Shown here: positions 18,136 through 27,989 of the stretch, piece after piece
How the letters are laid out: each line of letters opens with the position of its first letter
Position numbering within the stretch: the stretch's first letter is position 1
From: a virus
Length of the DNA stretch: 64,000 bases
Direction: 5' to 3' (one strand)
Virus genome (UHGV): UHGV-0382128
The notes under the pieces: model-generated
The model's input: the letters and a program-made list of their open reading frames with translations, nothing else
The model's database searches: none
What the model was told of the DNA's origin: nothing
Program-made: the position numbers and the translations under genes

Positions 18136-21100
18136 ATGCCGAGAGAAGACGCGGCGCAGTTTAACGGTACGCTAAGCACAACGACGTACCCTAACCGATT
18201 TAACGTGGTCATTCCGCCTGAAGGACCTTTTTATCGTATCGGATTAAAACTCACAGTAGCCGACGATACCGCGCCTAACGGACGTCGTACTCTGATTGAG
18301 GGGTTGGACTACTATTTAGGCTATTACTTTAAAGAACTCGCAGAAGCTGAACAAGATCAGATTTATGGCGGGTTTATGTTGCTTACTGCAACAGAAATCG
18401 AATATGAGATTTTAGGGGTAGCACGTCAATACCGTGTACCGCAATCTGAAATCGGTAAGTTCTTAGTTCGTACTGACCTGAAAGACCCACGTAACGTGGA
18501 CTGGTCGGAGTTAATGGCGTACGCGCCGGTTATTCAACCAATCGACCCCCCTGCTAACTTAGAAGAAGCTATTCTGAGGGACGAGGTCGTTAAAGCGTTG
18601 AACGATATCCGCAAGAAAATCATTCAGCGTTCAACAGAGTTAGATGCGGCCTTCACCGAAGTCACTAACCTGATTTACGAGAACGGTAAAAAGATTTTCG
18701 ATGAAGAACTATACCAACACCACCTTAATCCTAACGCTCACCAGTATACGACCAATGACGTTGGGGCCCTTCCGGTTTTAGGACGTGCTGTTGACGCTAC
18801 AAAAGCGTTTGGGTTGACAATTGACCAACTGGCTACGCTGATGGGTTCGGCGGGCATTGAGCAATCAGACGTTGAACAGCTAATGGGTGAAGCCCTCGGT
18901 ACCGTTTACGGTCGTTGGGGCACCACGAACGGTAACGAACTAACGTTTAAAACACCGGGTGGACACATCATCAGCATCCGTGGTGATAAGTGGTTAATTA
19001 CCTCCCCGCAACCGTTAGTGATTAAAGCAGACCAAGACAACAACGAATCCGGTTTGGCGGTTGAGTTTAGTGCGGGACTGAATACGCTTTGGGTACACTC
19101 TGGGTCAGAACAGGATGTATTAGCACCGGTCTATAACTCTGTGTATCTCGTTACACCAGAAATGGTGAACATGTACCTGACGTCTGTAACGTTACTTGAA
19201 GCGAATGCCTATTTCAAACCGTCAGACACCGTAAAACCGTACGGTACAGCGAAGCAGTCTAACCCACTAACGTTGAACGCGAATATTCCCACAGCAACCG
19301 AGTCGGTTTATGGGGTGTTTTCGATTACGAATATCGCAACCTCTGTAGCGCTAGGCACTGCTATTTCCCAAAAGGCTGTGACCGAGTTAAAAAACCGGTT
19401 GGACTTGTACGTTGACGACGACTACACGGTTAACGGTAAAGGGTTTGTTAAGACAGGCGACAACATGGTGTTAACCTTAACGAAGGCCGATTTCGGTATC
19501 GATAAGATGAATAACACCGCACCCATCGCTAAACCGGTAACAAAAGCATTAGCGAACGTGCTGAAAAATAAAAGTTTGAAGGTTCACACGCACACTACCG
19601 CTGATTTGGATAATGTCCCGATTGGTAGCGCAACAGTGGACGGTATCTTACAGCTGTGGGATGCGATTGATACCACGAATGATAAAGCCGTCACATCACG
19701 CCAAGGGTGGCTGTTCGCAAAAGAGATTAAGAAGGTCTCTGATAAACTGAATACCCTCTTGCCCGCATGGACAACGGCCGGGAGCAAATATACCAACAAT
19801 TCGATATTGCCGATCTTGTCGATGGGTAATTACGAAGGTTATGGTAAAAACATGGATGCGCTCCAGATGGTTATAGGGGTACAACAAGGTAAGCTTTATG
19901 CTTTAATTAGCTCTAAATCCGCCCTTCCGGGAACTGAGGGTATTTATTACGCTGTTGCTGGGTTAAAAAACGACAAAAGTCTCGGTGAAATTTACAAAAC
20001 AACTTTCCGTTATAAGCCGAAAGGGTTAGAGACGAATTATCCGGGGGTGGAACTAAAAGAAATTACCGTTACTGGTACCGAAGCATTTATAGCGAAGGGC
20101 AGCGACGATAATTATTATTTAGTTAAACTGAACGGTTCAATGGATTACACCAAACATACCGATGTCAGGTTGGTAACTTTCTCAGAATTTGTTTCAGAAA
20201 CAACATGGGAATTTGTGCCGAATATGTTCATGGATCGTGTGGTCATAGCCGATAACGGCGTCTATGTTTTGCGTACGATGCTAATGGCCGATCTGAAAAA
20301 CAATACTCTGGTGGACTACATTAAGGATACCCCACAACCCATGTTCCGTGTTGGCTTATTGCGGCTTAATAAAACCGATCGGTTTGAACAGGTTGATTTA
20401 AGGTCTACACGAAAAATCGGTAAGTGTGCCGATTTGGTTGAACCTGGCGCGTTCGATGTAGATAATCCGAATACGAAGCGTCTTGCCTACTTCACTGCGG
20501 AAGGCAAAGCGTTGTGGACAGTGAACTTACAATTAACTAGAGGGTCGTCAAGATGGATAACGCCCGTTGTTAAGGACGGTCACTTGTTAACCGTCGGCGT
20601 GTCTGGTGTTTGTCTTGGTTTTTCTTCAACGAAAGGTACCACATTCGGGCCATGGAATGGTGCTTATCGTCTTGACCTATTAACCGGGGAGGTTGGGTTA
20701 GAGACAACTAACGTCTTCCCAATTAAAATCGATACTACAGGTTGTTACTTAAAAGACGGAACAAAAATAGAGCTGAAATGGAAATGGGCTACTCGAAGTT
20801 CTGGCTATATGGCCGACAATAGAATCTGTGTCGGTGATATGGTTTATTCTTGCTGCTGTTCGACAGAAAAACAACTTGCACCATCTCTCCATTACCAGAA
20901 ACTCCCAGAAGGAGTTAGTTATCTGGACTATGTTAAGTTGAGTGTGGGGTATGAGGGGCAATCTACGTTTGAAAATCGGATAAACCCTGTGGTGGGTTCG
21001 GTGTGGAAACCGTCTATGACCTTCCCATTGTTCTTCCCAGGAACAAACAAAGTATGGCTTAAACATCAAAAATCGGCTTATTTCATTGAAGCCGAATATG

Positions 21101-23322
21101 ATAAAAATACGACCTATGGTTATCCTGGATACGGTGGTTTTGGACCAACATCCCGCCGTGTTGAAAAAACAGCGAACGAATACGGCATATTGACAAATAT
21201 ACCGCTGGTTGTTACGCCAGAAATACCGAACGGCCTACTAGAAGGGGCTTATTTTATCGGTGCCGAAAGTAAACCGTGTACAGTTGTTTACGGTACCACT
21301 ACGGTGGGTAGTGATCGGTTGTCTATCGATGCGGCAGAATGGGCGAAGCTGACTAATATTGTTCAGTCCAGCCAGTTCTCCGGGGCATCTAACGGCAACG
21401 CCTATGAGCGGATTAGCGTAGCTAAGACCAAAAAGAACAACTACAGTTTGTCCTTTTGGGTGCTTGGTCAAACGATGTCTGGTGGTCCGCTTTGTATCGC
21501 GATAGTGAGTCTTATCTATAAAGACACTGACGGGGTAAATAAGTTTGCTTTTTACTTCTTTCAGGTAAAACCGACTATAACCAACGGGGTCATAAGGTTC
21601 GTTAGTTCGGAAGCGAGATTGATGACGTTTAGGGAAAAAGTGGCCAGTAACGCCATTAATCTCTCACCCACAGCTTTTAATGGTGAACTTAAACAACGCT
21701 CCGGTCAAGTTTTCCTTTATTCGCAAGACGGACAAAAGTTCAGATTCTCAATACATAACCTGGTTGGTGGGAATCTTGTAGGATCAGAGATTTCTTTTGC
21801 TTTTGGGATAAACTTGACTAAAAAAGGCGAATGGTTTACCGGCGAAATTCATCGGGCGTGGGGCTATACGTATACGCTGAATAATACATCTGAAGTCTAT
21901 ATACCCGATCTCTCGGGCATCGCGCTATTGACTTGTAACTCGGAAGATTTAAACGAGTTGTATCTCGGTGGCGAACAGTATAGAATCTCTGATTTGTTTA
22001 ACAAAAAATATACTGTTATCGATAAGATTATTATTGGCGGCGTACAAACACAGAGCGGTTGGAATTTCTATCTGACGGAGGAAACCGAGTTAAGTTTTGG
22101 AAATAAAAGATATACCGTTCCAAGATGGTCCGTTGATTTAAGCGATGAATTCCCGACTAATCATGCTAACCAGACGTTCTACGTTTATGCTGAAGTGGTC
22201 GGTTCTACTGCCCAATACCGCATCGGTTTAGAGCAGTTAGCTGATACCTCGTCGAGACTGTTTGTTGGGACTGTAACCACTGATTCGAACCGTATTACGG
22301 ATATCAGTATCGATAAAGTAAAACGGTTAGGTCGCGTAAAAGAGCTGGAAAATCATGCCTCGATTGTTGATCAACACGATGTGGCGCAGGCATTCGACAG
22401 GAAAACTGGCCCACTATTAACGCTGGTTAATAAACCCGTTAAAGTCGTTACAGCATCTGCGAGCAAGGGTGCTGGGTATGTCGATGGTCAGAAATGGAAT
22501 ACGTTGTCCGGGATTACAACACGTTCCAGGTTGCCGGTACAGGAAACCTATTCAGGTTATAAAAGTATCAGCAGGGTGGCGTATGAGAACTGCGCTGACC
22601 AGTTCTGGCAGAAAGCGGTTGCTGCGAACGTTGCAGCGGCTACTGCTTCTGAGAACAAACAAGCAGCAACCGCGAACATGAAGTGGTTGGGCGCGTATAC
22701 GAAACCGACTGTCGGTGCGAATGTGTGTCTGGTATTGAGTCTACGTGTTAAAGTGCCTGGTAATCCCGGCACCGCTAATCGTAAACTAAAAATCAGATTC
22801 GCGGCTCCGACAGGTATAACTGATGTTAGTTACGGGCTAAATCAGTCTGGCGGTTCGATGGCTGAACAGACAGTAACGCTAACTGCTAACAGTTATCTGG
22901 AAAAAGAACATGCCGGATTTAAGCCAGCCGAAGAAGTCCGTCTTCATGCTACGTTTTACATTCCAACAAATGAATACGATAGTTACCGTACGAAGTTCGG
23001 TGCTGTTCAGCTGATTGACGTTGAGACGAACACTGTCATTAAACAGACAGATATCGACACACCGTTTATCGTGTACACCGCCACAGAGCAAGCGGCACAA
23101 TCTGGTTTGGTCTATAAAGCGGTTAAGAGTCAGTTTCGTCAACTCCCGGCTCAACCTGTCGTCATTGTAACTGATGGACAGACAGGGACTACACCACCGG
23201 TGAAAACCGCGTATTCTGACGGCACGTTAACGGTCTATGTGGCAACCACGTACGATGCGGTTAACCCAGCACAAACTCGCGATATCGATAAACTCCAGTT
23301 CAATCTTATGTTTACATCTTAA
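18136..23322 (+). CDS. tail fibre protein (1728 aa)
   Basis: Shared N-terminal motif (PPEGPFYRIGL...GLDYYL); fibre-repeat-like segment TESVYGVFSITNIATSVALGTAISQKAV. Confidence 0.65.
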   Translation: MPREDAAQFNGTLSTTTYPNRFNVVIPPEGPFYRIGLKLTVADDTAPNGRRTLIEGLDYYLGYYFKELAEAEQDQIYGGFMLLTATEIEYEILGVARQYRVPQSEIGKFLVRTDLKDPRNVDWSELMAYAPVIQPIDPPANLEEAILRDEVVKALNDIRKKIIQRSTELDAAFTEVTNLIYENGKKIFDEELYQHHLNPNAHQYTTNDVGALPVLGRAVDATKAFGLTIDQLATLMGSAGIEQSDVEQLMGEALGTVYGRWGTTNGNELTFKTPGGHIISIRGDKWLITSPQPLVIKADQDNNESGLAVEFSAGLNTLWVHSGSEQDVLAPVYNSVYLVTPEMVNMYLTSVTLLEANAYFKPSDTVKPYGTAKQSNPLTLNANIPTATESVYGVFSITNIATSVALGTAISQKAVTELKNRLDLYVDDDYTVNGKGFVKTGDNMVLTLTKADFGIDKMNNTAPIAKPVTKALANVLKNKSLKVHTHTTADLDNVPIGSATVDGILQLWDAIDTTNDKAVTSRQGWLFAKEIKKVSDKLNTLLPAWTTAGSKYTNNSILPILSMGNYEGYGKNMDALQMVIGVQQGKLYALISSKSALPGTEGIYYAVAGLKNDKSLGEIYKTTFRYKPKGLETNYPGVELKEITVTGTEAFIAKGSDDNYYLVKLNGSMDYTKHTDVRLVTFSEFVSETTWEFVPNMFMDRVVIADNGVYVLRTMLMADLKNNTLVDYIKDTPQPMFRVGLLRLNKTDRFEQVDLRSTRKIGKCADLVEPGAFDVDNPNTKRLAYFTAEGKALWTVNLQLTRGSSRWITPVVKDGHLLTVGVSGVCLGFSSTKGTTFGPWNGAYRLDLLTGEVGLETTNVFPIKIDTTGCYLKDGTKIELKWKWATRSSGYMADNRICVGDMVYSCCCSTEKQLAPSLHYQKLPEGVSYLDYVKLSVGYEGQSTFENRINPVVGSVWKPSMTFPLFFPGTNKVWLKHQKSAYFIEAEYDKNTTYGYPGYGGFGPTSRRVEKTANEYGILTNIPLVVTPEIPNGLLEGAYFIGAESKPCTVVYGTTTVGSDRLSIDAAEWAKLTNIVQSSQFSGASNGNAYERISVAKTKKNNYSLSFWVLGQTMSGGPLCIAIVSLIYKDTDGVNKFAFYFFQVKPTITNGVIRFVSSEARLMTFREKVASNAINLSPTAFNGELKQRSGQVFLYSQDGQKFRFSIHNLVGGNLVGSEISFAFGINLTKKGEWFTGEIHRAWGYTYTLNNTSEVYIPDLSGIALLTCNSEDLNELYLGGEQYRISDLFNKKYTVIDKIIIGGVQTQSGWNFYLTEETELSFGNKRYTVPRWSVDLSDEFPTNHANQTFYVYAEVVGSTAQYRIGLEQLADTSSRLFVGTVTTDSNRITDISIDKVKRLGRVKELENHASIVDQHDVAQAFDRKTGPLLTLVNKPVKVVTASASKGAGYVDGQKWNTLSGITTRSRLPVQETYSGYKSISRVAYENCADQFWQKAVAANVAAATASENKQAATANMKWLGAYTKPTVGANVCLVLSLRVKVPGNPGTANRKLKIRFAAPTGITDVSYGLNQSGGSMAEQTVTLTANSYLEKEHAGFKPAEEVRLHATFYIPTNEYDSYRTKFGAVQLIDVETNTVIKQTDIDTPFIVYTATEQAAQSGLVYKAVKSQFRQLPAQPVVIVTDGQTGTTPPVKTAYSDGTLTVYVATTYDAVNPAQTRDIDKLQFNLMFTS

Positions 23323-23362
23323 CGCCACGAGACAAGGACGTCTCGGATTAAGGAGAGTGGCC

Positions 23363-24562
23363 ATGGCCTCCATTGTATACCAATACCCTTTAGATTTAAC
23401 GGGAACCCTAACCTCTAACGCCGTGGAGCGTCAGATTACGTTAGGTACAGGCAAAGTTAACCGTGCGTTTGCTTTCCCTGATGGTCCGTTTTATGCCGAT
23501 ACGTTCCGCTTGCGGGTTGCCAATCGACCTGGAGCGACATATGAGCGTGGAACGGACTATGAACTGATTTTTGCACACCCGGCTTATGAGAAATTGACGA
23601 AGAACCGGGAAGTGGTAATGGCGGTTGTTGTAACGAACACCGCGATTCCGACCGATATCACGGTATCGGCGCAAGTAGTTGGTGGTCCTCAGTCTGCAAA
23701 TGTGACCGCGATTGAGCAAGCGATTGCCGAGTTGAAACTCGATAATCGAACTGTTGGCTTTAAAGACTTGCGAAATGTGCCGGACACGTTTCCTTCAGCA
23801 CCAACGTATAAAGACGTCGGTGATATTTACGGCTTCGAATATATCATTACAGTGCTCGCTGGCATTAAAGATGCGATAACTGCGGGTGATGCTGTACAGC
23901 TTGAGAACATCAAAGCGATTCTCGATAGCCTGAAAAACGATTTCCTGGACGCGCTGAACGCGCACATTAACTCTACTGGTAATGTCCACCATCTGGATAT
24001 TCATCAGGTTAACGGGTTAACGGAAACGGAGATCCGCGCTTTAATTCGCAGTGTTCAGACAGCCATTGATGCAACGATTGCCGATATCAATGCATTGAAG
24101 AAAGCGGACGAAGCGTTAGGAAAACGTATTGATGCTGTTGTCAAATCTCTGGAAGCGTGGAACGACCAACTTAACGTCGTTGCACAAAACTATCAGAAAA
24201 TGGCACTGGCGCTGGCGAACCTAAACTCGTTAGTGTTACAGTTACAGAAAAATATCAACGATCTGAACACCAAACTCAACCAAGCGATTCAGCGCATTGC
24301 TGCGTTAGAACAGCGGGGTAATGAGACCGATCAGAAAATTGATAATCTGCAACAAAACTTGGATGCGCTTAAACAACAGGTTGCGAATAACACGAACGCA
24401 ATCAGTCAGGCGAATCAGAACCTACAAAACCATATTGCGGCAGATAACCCACACACAGGTTATCTCCACAAGAAATACGGTGGTGTGGTTCAGGCTTCAG
24501 TACACGTTAACGCTAACCTGACGTCCCGTGATGACGTTCAGGCAGAAGCAGGTACGAAATAA
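23363..24562 (+). CDS. coiled-coil fibre protein (about 399 aa; start adjusted from track ORF 23237)
   Basis: ATG at 23363 preceded by AAGGAGAG RBS; N-terminal FPDGPFYADTFRL...GTDYELIF motif shared with the three upstream proteins; long heptad-like C-terminal region. Confidence 0.6.
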   Translation: MASIVYQYPLDLTGTLTSNAVERQITLGTGKVNRAFAFPDGPFYADTFRLRVANRPGATYERGTDYELIFAHPAYEKLTKNREVVMAVVVTNTAIPTDITVSAQVVGGPQSANVTAIEQAIAELKLDNRTVGFKDLRNVPDTFPSAPTYKDVGDIYGFEYIITVLAGIKDAITAGDAVQLENIKAILDSLKNDFLDALNAHINSTGNVHHLDIHQVNGLTETEIRALIRSVQTAIDATIADINALKKADEALGKRIDAVVKSLEAWNDQLNVVAQNYQKMALALANLNSLVLQLQKNINDLNTKLNQAIQRIAALEQRGNETDQKIDNLQQNLDALKQQVANNTNAISQANQNLQNHIAADNPHTGYLHKKYGGVVQASVHVNANLTSRDDVQAEAGTK

Positions 24563-24629
24563 TTTAATTACAGGAGGAACTATGTTTATGGACGTAGTCC
24601 TCCATTCTTTTTTATTTTAAGGATACGTG

Positions 24630-25022
24630 ATGGCGATCAGTGTTAAAAATGTGCGTGACCGAATCACCAACGTAGAGAACCAAATGGCAACTGGCCCACG
24701 TGTTGATCCGCAAGTTGCGTCGAAAGCACATAATGCTGCTGATTCATTTTCAGGTTGGACACCCGGTCGATTAGATTGTGGAGGTAGCTGTAGCTGGACG
24801 TGCTCAAACGGTTGTACGCATGGTTGTACGAGTTGTTCAGGTACATGTACATCGGTGTGCGTAGGAAGCTGTTCCTCTGCGTGTGGTAATCAATGCAGTG
24901 GTTGTAGCGGAACGTGTTCTGGTGGTTGTTCAGGATGTAGCGGGACTTGTAGTGGGGGATGTGCTGGACGTTGTTCCTCGGGGTGTAGCGGTTCTTGTGC
25001 AGGTGGTTGTTCTAACCCATAA
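24630..25022 (+). CDS. Cys/Ser/Gly-rich precursor-like protein 1 (leader plus (C-x2-3)n core, about 22 Cys)
   Basis: Cys-free N-terminal about 50 aa then CGGSCSWTCSNGCTHGCTSCSGTC...; leader and junction (HY(D/N)C.G.CSW.CS) shared with two downstream paralogs; next gene is a radical SAM enzyme. Confidence 0.6.
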   Translation: MAISVKNVRDRITNVENQMATGPRVDPQVASKAHNAADSFSGWTPGRLDCGGSCSWTCSNGCTHGCTSCSGTCTSVCVGSCSSACGNQCSGCSGTCSGGCSGCSGTCSGGCAGRCSSGCSGSCAGGCSNP

Positions 25023-25041
25023 AAAATAAGGATCAATTCGA

Positions 25042-25956
25042 ATGGAAGAACTTACTAGACCGACGGTATCCGATAAGCTCTACAGTAATCCGAGAACGTT
25101 AAACGTGATTACAACATCCAAATGTAATCTGGACTGTAGCTTCTGCGGCGGAGCCTATTACATGCATAGAGAGGATACAACCGCAGAAGTACAAAAGGAA
25201 AGTATTATCGAGGCGCTGGAAAATAACCCGACTATCACAAATATCCAATGGTCAGGGGGCGAACCATTACTTGCCACGCGTAAAATTGATACCCTTATAG
25301 AAGAGATAAGGGAGAAGTATCCTCGTTGCGAACATTACCTGTATACCAATGGTTTAAAAATGCGTAAATCGCATCTACCGTTGTTAAAGGGTTTTGATAG
25401 TATCTTTTTTAGCATGGATGGATTCAAAGAATCAGAGCGTCCGTTCATGCGGATTATCGAAGAAAAACAATACGAGGTTTTGGAGACAATTTACGAATTG
25501 AAAAATATTCGTACTTGGGCGGTTTTGACGCGCGAGCGTATTGGGGATAAACGTTGGTACGAAGATATAATTGCGTTACATAACCACATTTACCATTATG
25601 GTTTTTGTGAGATGTCGCTGGTTTTGGACAAAAACATGCCAAAACCGTTATCTCCCGATCACGTTATGAACTTTATTTACGGGTATTTTAGAATTCAGGA
25701 GAATATAGAAAGACTGAATTCGTCCAATCGAAGCGAATGTGCGTTTACGCTAAATGCGTTATTTGATGAACCCTGTAACACATGTAGTCGTTGTTTTCGC
25801 ATTGAGTCTGACGGTGCCCAGAACCAAGTAAAGAACGTTGAAATCGTAACGCAACACGGCTGTAGTGACTTGGCCAGAAAGGTTGGATTAGATGCTTACG
25901 ACTATATACGTCGTGTGGTAGGGGCTAAGAATAGAGTCTCAGAAAAACTACGATAA
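25042..25956 (+). CDS. radical SAM enzyme (Cx3Cx2C; extra C-terminal Cys cluster), paralog 1
   Basis: TSKCNLDCSFCGG motif; GGEPLL glycine-rich motif; C-terminal Cys cluster (C..C.TC.RC...C) suggesting an auxiliary Fe-S domain. Confidence 0.75.
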   Translation: MEELTRPTVSDKLYSNPRTLNVITTSKCNLDCSFCGGAYYMHREDTTAEVQKESIIEALENNPTITNIQWSGGEPLLATRKIDTLIEEIREKYPRCEHYLYTNGLKMRKSHLPLLKGFDSIFFSMDGFKESERPFMRIIEEKQYEVLETIYELKNIRTWAVLTRERIGDKRWYEDIIALHNHIYHYGFCEMSLVLDKNMPKPLSPDHVMNFIYGYFRIQENIERLNSSNRSECAFTLNALFDEPCNTCSRCFRIESDGAQNQVKNVEIVTQHGCSDLARKVGLDAYDYIRRVVGAKNRVSEKLR

Positions 25957-26014
25957 TTTTACAGAAAGTGAATTATAATGTGTCCTAGGGGGCACTAAAC
26001 CAGTAGGTATTAAA

Positions 26015-26413
26015 ATGGCGATTGGTTTATCTTCTTTAAAGGCCCGGCTAGATAACATAGACTCTACTGCATTAAAAAATACAGGTGCGGTGCAGAACTA
26101 TATTCGTGGTAAAGCCACTAATAATAGCGATCTGTTTGGAGGACAGCCGAGAAATCACTATGACTGCGGAGGTAGCTGTAGCTGGACGTGCTCAAGTTGT
26201 TCGGGCGGCTGTACCGGCAACGCCTCCGGCGGCTGCGGTTCTTCCTGTTCAGCGAACTGTGTTTCAGGATGTAGTACAGGTTGCACAGGTTGTAGCAGTA
26301 CCTGCTCAGGAGGGTGCACAGGTAATTGCTCGGGCGGTTGTTCAAGTAGTTGCACCGGAACATGTTCAGGTTCATGTCGAGGCGGATGTCAGCAATCGTG
26401 TACTGGAAGATAA
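26015..26413 (+). CDS. Cys/Ser/Gly-rich precursor-like protein 2
   Basis: Leader MAIGLSSLKARLDNID..., junction HYDCGGSCSWTCSS, core rich in C-x3-C; 28-nt block identical to precursor 1 (24780-24807 = 26168-26195). Confidence 0.6.
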   Translation: MAIGLSSLKARLDNIDSTALKNTGAVQNYIRGKATNNSDLFGGQPRNHYDCGGSCSWTCSSCSGGCTGNASGGCGSSCSANCVSGCSTGCTGCSSTCSGGCTGNCSGGCSSSCTGTCSGSCRGGCQQSCTGR

Positions 26414-26416
26414 GAA

Positions 26417-27083
26417 ATGATAAGTCTTAAAAACATACGCGACAGATTAGTGACGGCGGAGGGATATATCACCACCGCTAATGCAAACAACTATATTGCA
26501 AACCAAGGAACGGTTTCCTCAACCAACAATCTCGCAGGATTACCTTTAAGTCATTATAATTGTAATGGCGGATGTAGTTGGTCGTGCAGCGGTAGCTGTA
26601 GTAAGGGGGCGGGGGGGGGTAAGTAAGCCCTCTAGCGGTGGTTCTACGCCAACCCCTTCAAGACCAACCTACGACAACAAAGCCGTTGTTTATGTTGAGT
26701 CTAAGCTACACGCTAAAGATACTGTTCGTATCAATTTCTCTACTGGGGCTGTCTTTATTCAATGCGTAACGTCAACCGGTAGAGAGAAACCGATAAGGGT
26801 CTTTAAATCGTTACTGTCTGGAAAGTCCTACGCCTACCCTCAAGTTGCAATGGGTAATGGTATCACTGTTAATTTTACAGACGCGGCTAGTTTTAAGATA
26901 GACTCTATCGGTAATGCATCTTCTGCTTCTATCTCATTAGAAGTATTAAGTAATTCCGGCGGAAGCATGGCGATTACGCAGCAACCGAGTAAATCAAACG
27001 GCTTTACTGCAGAATTTGAAGTTACCGGCAGGCAATGGCGTGGCGGGTTCTATACCTTGAACGTCAGATTGACCGTAAAATAA
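26417..27083 (+). CDS. Cys-rich precursor-like module 3 apparently fused to a C-terminal domain; reading frame interrupted at a G-tract (26605-26619)
   Basis: ORF 26417..26626 (leader plus short core ...HYNCNGGCSWSCSGSCSKGAGGGK*) and ORF 26565..27083 join into one frame if the G9 run is 8 or 11 long, continuing into a Pro/Ser/Thr linker (SKPSSGGSTPTPSRPT) and a domain of about 150 aa. Confidence 0.45.
26605..26619 (+). repeat. homopolymeric tract GGGGGCGGGGGGGGG inside coding sequence
   Basis: G5-C-G9 counted directly; coincides with the frame change between ORFs 26417..26626 and 26565..27083. Confidence 0.9.
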
Positions 27084-27095
27084 TTGGAGTAATCA

Positions 27096-27983
27096 ATGAA
27101 AAACGATTTGCATTTAGCCTATAAAACAATTTTCAACCACCCACTTCATATTTCTTCCCCCGATTCAATACGCGCTCATTTGGAAGATAAAGTTCGTTTG
27201 TTAACCCAGTTACCTGGCGAATGGCCCAAAGTGCGTGGTCGTTTTTTTACCGATCGCAATAACTATTCAGTAGAAAACACTTTTAAAATACGCGATCTGA
27301 CAGCAGAAAGCGTAGTGGTGTTTACCGGTGATTCAGATTTACGCGGTAAATTGGTTGACGGTAAATATTTCTTTAGTGACGGTATTCTGAATAATTCTGT
27401 AGATTTGGAATTGTTCTTTACGCCATTTAAAGAGTTGAATGCGAAGCCTGTAGCACGACGTTGGTGGTCTCCAGACTATCTTGGTTCATTCCCGTACTTT
27501 TATGCCCTGGTTCCTGTAGAAACAAAAAACTATGTTGATACTGAACCGTATATTGAAATAGAAGGTTACGAGGAACTTGGCATCAACTGTTTAGCAGATC
27601 TGATGGCGTACAGTTACAAATTTATGTGGGATCGTGAACGTTCAGTATGGGTTGCCCTTACAGATGAACATGAAATCACAAAACGTATTCGTAAACCATG
27701 GATGCAGCATTTAATTCAAACACGTATTGGTGAACATCCGTCATCGGAAGCAGATTTAGCGAAACTTGTTAGTTTCTTAATGACGAAAGTCACGTTAACT
27801 GATGAAGAAAAAGCGGCAGTGTCGGCGGTATTGGAACGTAACGTAACGTTAGCGGATCTAGAACGTTTAAACGTGCGTTATAAAGACCTTAATCGTATTA
27901 TTGAGGCTTACAATTCACCGTTTGTATTAAAACCTGGAGTTAACGCTTACGACGATCCTTTGTTATCCATTGGCTATATTTAA
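27096..27983 (+). CDS. hypothetical protein (295 aa) inside the radical-SAM cluster
   Basis: GGAG RBS; no recognisable motif; position between precursor 3 and rSAM paralog 2. Confidence 0.55.
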   Translation: MKNDLHLAYKTIFNHPLHISSPDSIRAHLEDKVRLLTQLPGEWPKVRGRFFTDRNNYSVENTFKIRDLTAESVVVFTGDSDLRGKLVDGKYFFSDGILNNSVDLELFFTPFKELNAKPVARRWWSPDYLGSFPYFYALVPVETKNYVDTEPYIEIEGYEELGINCLADLMAYSYKFMWDRERSVWVALTDEHEITKRIRKPWMQHLIQTRIGEHPSSEADLAKLVSFLMTKVTLTDEEKAAVSAVLERNVTLADLERLNVRYKDLNRIIEAYNSPFVLKPGVNAYDDPLLSIGYI

Positions 27984-27989
27984 AAATAG

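Noticed and set aside
9916-23154. Numerous short antisense or out-of-frame ORFs (60-170 aa) inside the large fibre genes
   Set aside because: They are fully contained within long, motif-supported ORFs on the other strand or frame, and lack start context.
26085-26420. ORFs in alternative frames and on the opposite strand within the Cys-rich precursor genes (26085..26420 +, 26118..26375 -, 26158..26355 -, 24664..24852 -)
   Set aside because: They arise from the repetitive TGT/AGC/GGT codon composition of the Cys-rich cores; no RBS, and they overlap well-supported genes.
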